64,000 nucleotides of DNA, taken from Tetramitus jugosus (taxonomy: Eukaryota > Protista > Heterolobosea). The notes beneath the pieces are model-generated. The model had not been told where the DNA came from. It saw nothing but the letters and a program-made list of their open reading frames with translations, and made no database searches. The position numbers were made by a program, and so were the translations under genes. This document shows positions 54,444 through 64,000 of the stretch, piece after piece. The stretch covers positions 124,001 to 188,000 of the forward strand of contig OW569370.1 of the NCBI GenBank assembly GCA_937625935.1. Direction: 5' to 3'. Every line of letters begins with the position of its first letter. The first letter of the stretch is position 1.

Positions 54444-55901
54444 TTATTGTCCGTCTACGGCAACTGGGCTCTCGGTGTCCATGTTGTTCGTGGAGCTTAT
54501 GGCTGTTGATGGTTGCACATCATCACTTTCTTGCAGCTGTTGTTGATCTTGTTCTTCTTGCTCAAGTTTTTGTTTTTCGAGTGCAAGGTTATCCTCCTTT
54601 CCGTCCACCAAGTAAAGGAGTTCATTACAAAATTCATTAAATTCTGGCACGTTCTCCATCATAATCTGTAAATAGGACTCGCGATTATAGGCCGTATCAA
54701 CATCTAGAATCATCTTTTGCATCATTGGATCACTCAACTTGCTCTTCAAATAATTGGACATGCCAATAAAGTTTAGCTTTTGTTGCGAGAGTGCAAATTC
54801 CTTGGATACTCTCAAACTCCGTCGTCCAATCTTCCTTTTCTTTCTTGCTTCAATCTTTCGCTTCTTCATCGTATTGAACTGATCCGAGTTGAAAAAACTT
54901 TCATTGTACGTTGCTTGCAACATTGACAATGGATTGCTTTCCTCCTCATCTTCCTCATCCTGTTCTTCTTGTTCTCTTGCTTGTTCATCATATTCAAACT
55001 CTGCTGGTCTAGCTCTCTTGACACCCACAAACGCATCTTTTTCTCTTGTTTCTTCTTCTTGCGCTTCCGTTGATTTTGCTTCTTCTTTTTCGGCGCTCTG
55101 TTCATCTTCTATTTTCCTATCAACAACAGCAACATCACTGCTTTCACCACTAAAATCAACAACCATATTGACCTTGGTCTTCTCATTCGTTCCCACATGA
55201 TAACTCAACGTTCCAAAAACAGGTACTTTTTTACCTCTTCTCCGATTCACCACTACTGGTGGTTGCTTCTTCTCATCATTGTCATTCTTGTTACCTTTGT
55301 TCAAATTCGCTTCAACATTCAACTGTTTTCCAAACAAGTACAATTTTGTGTTTTTATAAAATTGCTTTTCAAGTTTTTGATTTTCGTCAAATAATCGCAA
55401 GAGCGCATCGCACATGGCCTCTCTTTTCTCATTTTTCTCATCTTTATCAACATTACTATTATTATCACTATCACTAGTAGTAGTAGTAGTAGTAGTAGTA
55501 GTCGTAGTAGTCATCATGGTTGGAACATGAACCAATGGAGGTAATGATAATTTTGAGATACTATTCTTCAATTCAATCATTTGTTCATATAGTTTCTGAT
55601 GAGAGAGACAAGCTCTCTGTTCCATCATCAATTGTTCACTGTGGATGAACGATTTTTGCATCTCATTTAGTAAATCAAGTACTTGTTGCATGGATTCATC
55701 TACTACTACTGTTTTTTCATCATTTTCTTGTTGTTGTTGTTTGGAGAAAAAGGAGAGAATTTGAATGAGAAGAGAACGTTGTTGAATGATTTGGGAGATT
55801 TTGGAGTGTAGTTGGTCAATGGGTGTTTCACAACTCGTGTGAAATAAAAAATTTTGTTGTTGATTGTTGTTGTTGTTGTCTAGTCGAACTTCGATCCACA
55901 T
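54444..55901 (-). CDS. CFAP298 (C21orf59)-like N-terminal half + ZNHIT3/Hit1-C-like helical C-terminus
   Basis: FLFHTSCETPIDQL, KLYLFGKQL and LSYHVGTNEKTKV resemble CFAP298. LKSKLSDPMMQKMILDVD...MMENVPEFNEFCNELL is the C-terminal motif. Confidence 0.6.
   Translation of the reverse strand: MWIEVRLDNNNNNQQQNFLFHTSCETPIDQLHSKISQIIQQRSLLIQILSFFSKQQQQENDEKTVVVDESMQQVLDLLNEMQKSFIHSEQLMMEQRACLSHQKLYEQMIELKNSISKLSLPPLVHVPTMMTTTTTTTTTTTTSDSDNNSNVDKDEKNEKREAMCDALLRLFDENQKLEKQFYKNTKLYLFGKQLNVEANLNKGNKNDNDEKKQPPVVVNRRRGKKVPVFGTLSYHVGTNEKTKVNMVVDFSGESSDVAVVDRKIEDEQSAEKEEAKSTEAQEEETREKDAFVGVKRARPAEFEYDEQAREQEEQDEEDEEESNPLSMLQATYNESFFNSDQFNTMKKRKIEARKKRKIGRRSLRVSKEFALSQQKLNFIGMSNYLKSKLSDPMMQKMILDVDTAYNRESYLQIMMENVPEFNEFCNELLYLVDGKEDNLALEKQKLEQEEQDQQQLQESDDVQPSTAISSTNNMDTESPVAVDGQ
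55475..55511. repeat. (TAG)n trinucleotide microsatellite encoding poly-Thr
   Basis: Direct inspection. One of many coding trinucleotide tracts in the window. Confidence 0.8.
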
Positions 55902-56136
55902 GATTGTTGTTTTGTGTTGTTGTGCTTCTTTTTGATTTTGGTTTTTTGTTGGGGCAAGAAAATTGTTGAACTTCAAATGGCGATGCGAAATGCAACAACC
56001 CTCTTATGTTTCAACCATTTATGTTATCTCTCGACAAAAACTTCTGCAGCCAACAAGTTCAAGCTTGGTAGCCATGTGCGAACGTACCGTTTCGCATCGG
56101 CTGCGCGATTTTTCTATATTTCATTAATGTATGTAA

Positions 56137-56209
56137 GGGGTCATGGCTCAGTTGGTAGAGCGCGTGCTTTGCATGCATGAGGTCCAGGGTTCGATTCCCT
56201 GTGGCTCCA
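56137..56209 (+). tRNA. tRNA-Ala (TGC)
   Basis: Acceptor GGGGTCA/TGGCTCC with the G3:U70 Ala identity pair, anticodon loop TT-TGC-AT, GGTTCGATTCC B box and TTTTT terminator. Confidence 0.97.
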
Positions 56210-56388
56210 TTTTTGCTTTTCTTTTTGTGGAGTGATGACCACCGAAAAACTGGAGCGGGATAATGAATAGGTATGGTTTACAAGTTTTTAATATTTATAA
56301 TTGCCTCGCTATGGAGAACGCTGATTACTAAGGAGATTCTTGTGTACAAAAAATGTGGGCAGAGTAGGTGTGAAGTACAGAGTGTACA

Positions 56389-57608
56389 TTACTTTTGTTC
56401 ATCCTTCTTGTCCTCGTCCTTCTTCTTGGTCAGAGATCCGACCAAGCCTTCCATATATTTATCATCTTGCAAAATATCTTCGATGTTCTCTTCGTCTCCA
56501 CCATTGCCACCCTTTGACATCTCCAACGCCATCCTCAATGCCTCATCTTCATCCATCTCCACATCTTCATCATCGCCAGACTGCTTTGTTGCTTGAGCGG
56601 ACGATGGCTCGCCTGATTCAGCCAACGACATTGCGATCGCTTGTCTCAATGCCTCATCCTCATCCATCTCAACGTCTTCGTCTTGAGCGGTTGCTGTGGC
56701 TGTTGTTGCGGTCGTAGTTGAAGCAGTTGCCTGGGCAGGTGCAGGTGCGCCACCAGTGTCCTGACGCATTCTGCCCTGTCTTCTGGTTTCTTCTTCCATG
56801 GACAAACGGAGAGCCATGGCCAATTCTGGGTCCAACGTTGGATCAAATCCAAATTCAAACTCGCCAGCACCTTCACCACCGCCCATTGCTTCACCACCAA
56901 CGGTCGTTCCAGTAGCACCAGCGTACAACACTGGTGATGTCAACAATAAATCAGCAAGAATATGTGGTCCGGGTGGTACAATGACCAAATGACTATATAG
57001 CAGAAAAAAACAGATCAAGAAAGAATGAAGCACGAGAGTGTGAGACAACAGAACGGATCCAACAAAAAGAACTACCACCACCAACAAAACACACAGAACA
57101 CACACCTATTATCACTATTGTTTACACTGTTGATGAAAGCTTCCAATTTTTCACTATTCTCCAATTCTCCAAAACTGACAATATCAACAGCAATATTGTT
57201 CTTCTTCAATCTCAATCCCAACTTCTCTAGTTCTTCCTTTGATTCCTGCAATGGACTACCAATGAATGCCACAATTCGCTTATTGGAAGATTGTTCACTG
57301 CTGCGTCTCTTGAGTGCCAATTGAGCCACTTTGATTGATGTTGAGAAATTGATTTGACCAGATATTTTGACTTGGGAGAGACTGGACAATAATTTGCCCA
57401 AATCGGTTGTCAGTGCCACTTGAACACTGGGAGATGATCCAGCCATGGTCAAAATAGCGAGTGTGGTCTCTGGATTGGACTGTGTTTTTCTGCCACAGAG
57501 TAAGTTGGCAGCATCTTGTTGTGATGACATTCGTGTTGGGTTAAAGTCACCATTTCGCATCCATTCGGAATTATCTATACAAATGACACATTGTTCTTTT
57601 CCTGACAT
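56389..57608 (-). CDS. PSMD4: 26S proteasome ubiquitin receptor Rpn10; intron 56993-57105
   Basis: vWA domain [14 protein letters not shown]...[19 protein letters not shown], and UIMs [11 protein letters not shown] and [11 protein letters not shown]. Confidence 0.97.
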
Positions 57609-57913
57609 TTTTTAGTGATGATGTTCTATATGAGCTGTATATGTATGTACGTATGGATGATGATTGTGTAGTATCCAAAAAACCAATAAAATCCACTCGT
57701 GTTGATTGTCCCTTTTGATCTTTTGATTTGCTGTTCTTCAAAAGTGCAAGTTTTTTGTTTGATCAGTCGAGCTTGAACCTATTCTTAGTTACATCCCGAG
57801 TTTCTCCCCTTACAACAAATTTTACAAGTACTTATTTCGGCGAAACGTTTATTCCGTCCCGCCAAAGAAAAATTAAAAACTTCGAACAAAGAAACAAACT
57901 CACTGGCCAGAAA

Positions 57914-60396
57914 ATGTATCACTCATCGCCTTCTCCGTCTTCTTCCAGTGGTGACACAAAGAAACAAAAGAAACCCTTCCGCTCAGGTATTCAATCACCC
58001 AACTCCAACATCATTTCTCAACATAATCCATATGCGCCAACAACAAGTACTACCACACTGCATCATCAACCGTCAGCATACATGATGACAACACCACCTC
58101 AAATGATAATGATGCAATCACCATCCACCACCACTTCTTCTTATTATCATCAACAACAACAACAACAACAACCGACCATGCATTCTTCCTATCCCATTCA
58201 TCTTCAACAACAACAACAACAACAATACTCGAATGTCATCACACATCAACAACAACAAATGATGCCTCATGGTGGTCTTTCTGGATGGGGAGCCATTCCA
58301 CATCATCAACAACAACAACAAATTGTTTCTTCTTCCTATACTGTTCCTGCTTCTTCTACTCCTTCTACTGCCTATTATTATTCACAACAACAACAACAAC
58401 AACCACAACAATCATATCAATTACCACCTTCTCAACAATCATCAACTACACCTCCTGTTGCCATTTCCACACCATCAAGAAACACTAAAATGAGTGGTGG
58501 TGGTAGTGGCATGCTACTCTCTTCTTCGAGTAGCAAATGGCCCGATAGTTTAAAGCTCTATGTGCAACGTGCTTATGCAAACAATAAAACCGACCGAGAT
58601 TTAGAATGTATGTAGATTGATTCTATAGAGTTGGTTTTTTGTTTTTTGTTTATTTCGAGAGAGATAACATTGTGTGGAGAACAACAAAAACTAACACCTT
58701 TATTGTTTTGTCACTCCTCTTGTTTGGAGACAACATGGTGCTCAACAAACACATACACAGTCACTGAAAAATACTTGCAAACTATTATTATGAAGGCGGA
58801 CAAAAATGGAACATTGTATTCTGCTGATTGGAGTTCTGAGCCTCTTCCAAAGTATGTTTTTTGTTCATTGAACCAATTTCATCTACACAGGTGTATATAT
58901 TAACACACACTCTTTCTTTTTTTCTACCATGTGTGTTTTATGATCGGTCCTCTACTACTACTACTACTACTACTACTAGTATTCCATCCAATTGGCCCAA
59001 TCAGAACTTTACTCGCAAATCACAAACCGCAGCAACAACAACAACAACCACTTATAATTCTAATTCTTCGACGCACTTGAGCAATGTCTCTCCCGCATCT
59101 ACAGTCGCTTCACGATTGCAAGCATCATTGAACAACAATAAGAATAATAATAGTAATAGTAGTAGTGCCATTCATTCCTTATTACACAACTTGAAATCGT
59201 CATCATCATCCAACAAGTCATCCATGATCACTACTCCCTCTTCCACGACTACGACTACTTCCATGGCACAAAAATTGAAACCATCATCCAAGAAGACGAA
59301 AGCAGCGACATCGAAAAAAGCATCATTAGAAATCTCCGAAGCGAAAACGACAAGGAAAAAATCATTGCTCGCATCCAAATCATCAACGAACACGACTACT
59401 GCTCCAGCGACAAAGAAGCGATCCACTGCCGATTTGTACTCTTTGGATAATGTTGGTGAAGGAGTCGATGATATTTTCAGTTTCAAGGTTGCAAAGAAAA
59501 AGAAGAATACGAAAAGTGGTGGTCACGGTGGAAATGTTCATTCAATGATGGATGGTGACACGGACAAGCACAAGGATAATGTGTTGGTTGGTACAATGAT
59601 GGAACTAGAAAAGGAATATTTGCGATTGACCAGTGCACCAAAGCCTTCTCAAGTACGACCACTGCACATTCTTGTTCAATCGTTGGAACTCATCAAAAAG
59701 CGATACTTTCAAGAGAGAGCCGACTATAATACATATGTGCGCGAGCAATTGAAATCCATACGTCAGGATCTAACAGTCCAGAGAATCAGAACAGCATTTG
59801 CTGTTCAAGTGTATGAGACACATGCGAGAATAGCGCTGCAGAATCATGATCTCAGCGAGTTCAATCAATGTCAAACACAATTGATTCATCTGTATGACAG
59901 TGGGCTGCCGGGCAGTGAATCCGAGTTCCTGTGTTACAGACTCTTGTATCAAGTGTTGACCAATTCGTTTACAGATTTGTCACGAATGATGAGAACAATC
60001 AAGCCTCAGTTTAAACAACATGCCCATGTCAAGTATGCGATGGAGGTTTATTCTGCTCTCATCTCTAGTAACTACTATCGATTGTTTGTCAAGTTGTATG
60101 ACAGAGCTCCAGGTATGGGTAAACATCTTTTTGATATATTCTTGGAAAAGCTACGGCAGCAGAGTTTGAAAGTCATGACCAAATCACACGGTGCCACCAA
60201 ATTACCTGTGGACTTTGTTCGTGATTCTCTCGGCTTCACTGATCAAACAGAGAAACAATTTATGAAATTTTTAAGCAAGTGTCGAGTAATCCTGTGTGAT
60301 GATGATATTCACATGGTGGATTGTAAGAGAACGTTTGAAGCTTTTGTGGAGCTGGAGGAGGAAGCGACAGCGAGCTCAGGCAATCGACCTACCTAA
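57914..60396 (+). CDS. LENG8: LENG8/THP3 (SAC3/GANP-family) protein with introns in the 58608-58980 region
   Basis: WPDSLKLYVQRA, DWSSEPLP, VGT..ELEKEYLRLTSAP.PSQVRP, QLKSIRQDLTVQ and VYETHARIAL...D..EFNQCQTQL. Confidence 0.88.
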
Positions 60397-60617
60397 GCTC
60401 TGAATTGTAAGTTATGGTGAAGGTCATGAAAGGCGTTATTAGTTGTCCTTTGATTTCTTCTTGTGATCCTTTTGTTGCAGGAGCACGTGTGAACAACTTA
60501 CTCGCTCTGAACATTGTGCAGGACTTTTTTGGGGTTTCTTCCCTTACAAAGCAACAATAAAACCATCAAGCAAGAGGTTGCTTTCCGAATCACAAAAAAA
60601 CCGAACAACACAGATGA

Positions 60618-61270
60618 TTGAAACATGCCTGGAACGACACGTCTATTGGGCGCGAGACACAAGCGAGTGCTGAACTGTGGATTCCAGATTCTAGTTCCCA
60701 ACTCGTGCAGATGGGAGTCCCAATTGACAAGTGGTCATTGATATCTACTGGTTATCTAACAGATGATTCCTCTCTCGTGGTTAGTACGATGGTTGTACGA
60801 TGAGTGATGGCCAATCTCAGCGATGGTTGATGCCCAATGGCCAAAAGCACATTAAACAAGTGGCCTGTGGTTCATTGCATGTCATTCTTTTGGACTTCAA
60901 TGGAAGGTGTTGGTCCCTTGGAGACAATGATGGTCACCAGTTGGGTGACAAGAGAAAAGCTGTGTATCCTACTTTGAGGCCAGTTTTGAATAATGTGTAT
61001 GAAATACAAGGCAAACCCTTCACTTCGATTAGCTTAGGCTTTGCTCTACTCCCATTATACTCAAGTATCAATCCAGGTGATTGTAGATTTCTGCAGCTGA
61101 CAGGCACTAGTTTTTCCACGATTCTGCATCAGGCTTTTGTGCATCAGGCTGCTTTAATGACCAAACTCAAGCTACTCCGTAATCAGCATCGTTTTTGTGA
61201 TGTAACTGTGCTGCGACCAGCTCTAGAGCAAGAGTCCCCCATTCTCCAAAGCAGTGTGCAGATTGCATGA
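60618..61270 (+). pseudogene. Frameshifted, internally deleted RCC1-repeat gene relic
   Basis: WSLISTGY...SLVVST continues as DG-CTMSDG only after a 1-nt shift near 60788. IKQVACGSLHVILLD.NG.CWSLGDN..HQLG is an RCC1 repeat. The C-terminal KL......RFCDVTVL parallels KL......LLWDVTVL of the 32266 gene. Confidence 0.6.
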
Positions 61271-61626
61271 TGTGCCAGACAACTGATGTTTCTCTGCTGG
61301 AAGTTACTTTTTCGTTCTTTTCCGGGATTGAAAGGAATATGTCCATCAATATCTAAAAAGGAAGATGTGATGGCGTCGACTTCGGGCTTGAAATTCGCGG
61401 AATGAAAGGTTATGGGTTTTTCATTACCTTTTTTGTTAAAACAGAATATGAATAGATGAACCATCTGGATTGACAGCGGAGAGTGCACTGGTTCTCATGT
61501 TCCAGTTACGGTAAGAGCATATCTCGACCACCCATCACCCTTAAAATGCTTCTTCGATTCTTCTGCACCAGCTGCACCCAAACAACAACAAAACTAACAT
61601 AAATACATCAGGCAAAACATTACACT

Positions 61627-64000
61627 ATGAAAGACACTGTCAATAAGGAAAAAGATCTGGAGCTTTGTGATATCGACACCCATGCAGAAACAGTATCCAC
61701 GTACAATGGGCCGGAGAACACCACATCTAGTGATCCATTCTCAGATGAATTACTCAGTTTTTCTGCCAAAGGCTTCAAAGGACTGATTGAAAAAATTCCA
61801 CTGCCCATCAAGTTGTTGTTCATGGCTTTGACTGCACTTTTAGGAATGACATTCATTGCCACATTTCTAATAACAATCCAATCGATCGATATTCGGCAAG
61901 CCAACCAATCACGTAGGTTTGTTCGTCTCTCTGTATTGACTGGAGAGACGGTACTCTCTTTGCAAAAAGAAAGAGACGACATTGTAAACTTTCTGAGTGA
62001 ATATCTGTTGAACAATGACAGTTCACATACCATTGACATTGCCAGAGAATCATTCAAGGTGACGGATGCCAAACTTCGCAAATTTATGAAGCAGGTGAGA
62101 GATTCATCGTCTCAAAGCTACCCCGAATCAAGTCTTGTTGGAACCAAGTTTCTTCAAATCAACGATTATCGTGAAGGAATTCTTAATTTTACAATATCAG
62201 GTACTCTTGGTTTTAATTTCTATTCCAATATCATTGGTGATATCATTAATTTGATGAATTCAATGATGGAGGATCAAGAAGACCATGGAATAGATGGCAA
62301 TGAAGATTTAGTCAATATGTTGAGGATGGTCGAGTTTCAGTACACGACCAAATCAATTGGATCCTTTGTGTTTTCTCAAAAACAATATCCACTGGAGTTG
62401 TATCAAGCCATTTCATACCTTATAGCAAGTAGAGATACCCTTCTCGCGTCGGTGGTGCGCTCAATGGATGATAACGAAGAGGAGGTGTATCAACAGATGG
62501 TCAATGGAACTCTTCCTGCCATCACTGCAATGGAGTCCTACTTGTCCTCCGATCGATGGAACTTTACAACCACTGGACCACTACCAAGCGTAACAAAATA
62601 TTCTGCTATCATGTGGGATTCAGTTACAATGGATCACATCAGAGCGCTCCGATCAGTTCAATCCTTTTTGGAGAAGAAACTCCTGAAGAAGTCCAATGAT
62701 ATTATTTCGAAAGGCACCGGAATAATCATATCTATCATTTGTGTTGTCCTCTTCTTCTTCTGCCTTGTGCTGATTTGCTCATCATTGACATCATGCAGCA
62801 TCATTGGACCATGGAGAAGATTGAACAAAATGCAAGAAAATGCAATCAGCAAGTTTGTTCCACAACAATTCTTGAGACTCATGAATGTCAAGAGGATCAA
62901 TGACATAGAGTTGGGAAAGTTTGTGGAGAGACAGTTAACCATCATGAACATTTCCATTGCTCAGTTCGCCAAGTTGACATCTGGAATGAAACCAGAACAA
63001 ATCTTGCAATTCACCAACTCATACTTTGGTTACATTGGTCCAATCATTCGCAAATATGGATTTGTTCAGAATTACAATGGTGATGGACTTGTTGCATTGT
63101 ATAAGAGCCAAAGGAAAGCATTGTCTGCGAGTGTTGAACTTCAATTGGCAACAAGTGCTTACAACTTGAATGTTGTTTCAAAGAGTGATTTCCCATTGGT
63201 TGAGGTTGGAATATCAGTGCAGACTGGCGCAGTTCTTGTTGCAATTGTTGGTGAGAATGAAAGAATGGAGTGCACCATACTCAGTTCACACCACAAAACA
63301 TCAGCCAAGCTCGATTATTTAATTCAAAAATTGAACTTGAGAATGCTGACCAATACACTAGGAACTGAAGTATCGATCAAAAAATCATTATCTAGTCAGA
63401 TTGCATACAGAATGCTAGGATCGATGGAGGTAGAAACATCTTCTGGTACCCAACTTACGACGGTATATGAGATTTTGAAATCATCAGACAATGCAAAGCT
63501 TCAATCCAGAGATGATCTCAGGAATGCAGTTACACTATTTCAAACTGGACGGTATGCTGAAGCGGAGCCAATCTTTGTTTCGATTGTTAGTGAACTTTCT
63601 GATGATACAGTGAGCAAGTTGTACTTGAGTCGATGTGAACGACTGGTCAACCAAGTGAAACTCATCAGTTTGAATTTAGGTGTTCAGGAGGTCTTGAAAG
63701 ATGATGAACTATTCCATGGATTTGAAGTGTTTTGCCAGCAAGAGTTCAGTGCAGAAAACATTGTTCTTTGGGGTGAGATTGAACAATACAAAGTGCAACC
63801 AGAAAACAAGAGAAGAACCATCGCAAAGAGATTGAGAAGAGAGTATCTGAGTTTGAGTGGACGGAAAACGATCAACATCAATGAGACGTTGAAGGAAGCT
63901 GTTGCGAATGAGATTTTGAAAGAATCTCATGAGAAAGCACCCGCAGCAGAGTTGTTCTCTGACATTCAACATGAACTGGAACTGTTGATGACAGACACAT
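61627..64000 (+). CDS. NIT-like sensor + TM + degenerate class III nucleotide cyclase + RGS domain protein (runs off the window end; absent from the ORF track)
   Basis: Manual translation from ATG 61627 stays open to the end. It shows a TM helix, LQKERD (NIT-like), a second TM, KFVPQQFL..., YNGDGLVALY, VGISVQTG...GENERM (cyclase fold) and FEVFCQQEFSAENIVLWGEIEQYK (RGS). Confidence 0.85.
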   Translation, partial: MKDTVNKEKDLELCDIDTHAETVSTYNGPENTTSSDPFSDELLSFSAKGFKGLIEKIPLPIKLLFMALTALLGMTFIATFLITIQSIDIRQANQSRRFVRLSVLTGETVLSLQKERDDIVNFLSEYLLNNDSSHTIDIARESFKVTDAKLRKFMKQVRDSSSQSYPESSLVGTKFLQINDYREGILNFTISGTLGFNFYSNIIGDIINLMNSMMEDQEDHGIDGNEDLVNMLRMVEFQYTTKSIGSFVFSQKQYPLELYQAISYLIASRDTLLASVVRSMDDNEEEVYQQMVNGTLPAITAMESYLSSDRWNFTTTGPLPSVTKYSAIMWDSVTMDHIRALRSVQSFLEKKLLKKSNDIISKGTGIIISIICVVLFFFCLVLICSSLTSCSIIGPWRRLNKMQENAISKFVPQQFLRLMNVKRINDIELGKFVERQLTIMNISIAQFAKLTSGMKPEQILQFTNSYFGYIGPIIRKYGFVQNYNGDGLVALYKSQRKALSASVELQLATSAYNLNVVSKSDFPLVEVGISVQTGAVLVAIVGENERMECTILSSHHKTSAKLDYLIQKLNLRMLTNTLGTEVSIKKSLSSQIAYRMLGSMEVETSSGTQLTTVYEILKSSDNAKLQSRDDLRNAVTLFQTGRYAEAEPIFVSIVSELSDDTVSKLYLSRCERLVNQVKLISLNLGVQEVLKDDELFHGFEVFCQQEFSAENIVLWGEIEQYKVQPENKRRTIAKRLRREYLSLSGRKTININETLKEAVANEILKESHEKAPAAELFSDIQHELELLMTDT

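Noticed and set aside
56040-56136. Possible retroelement upstream of tRNA-Ala
   Set aside because: No poly-A/T tail, TSD or element homology near -48. This is an empty site.
57660-57680. GTGTAGTATC resembling the U2 snRNA branch-recognition sequence
   Set aside because: The flanking U2 stem I and Sm site are absent. It lies in an ordinary divergent promoter.
60790-60810. TGA as selenocysteine or readthrough joining the two RCC1-like ORFs
   Set aside because: The downstream ORF is in a different frame, so a frameshift explains it. No SECIS was recognised.

Overview
Gene-dense eukaryotic microbial DNA of moderate GC content. It has short GT-AG introns with CTAAC-type branch points, many poly-Q/N/T/S tracts and flagellar genes. 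The gene families present suggest a heterolobosean (Naegleria-like) amoeboflagellate, but this is inference. About 30 protein genes are supported, including a Polo kinase, an AAA ATPase, PEX4, NOT3, endosulfine, VPS29, MRPL12, RPN10, LENG8/THP3, CFAP20DC and a TMEM209-like gene. There are two tRNA genes (Asn-GTT, Ala-TGC) and one solitary 5S rRNA gene. The standout feature is an intact two-ORF APE-type non-LTR retrotransposon (18274-22927, minus strand) with a 17-bp target-site duplication and an A18 tail. It is inserted head-to-head exactly 48 bp upstream of the tRNA-Asn gene. Directly behind it lies a decayed 3' remnant of an older related element in the same orientation. This looks like repeated, position-specific tRNA-gene targeting of the Dictyostelium TRE5 type in a flagellated, non-dictyostelid host. 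Other notable items are a VPS13-VAB/MORN/VPS9 fusion gene, a NIT-TM-pseudocyclase-RGS receptor missing from the ORF track, a CUE-CUE-PARP-like protein, a structured long intron in MRPL12 and a 24-bp perfect palindrome.
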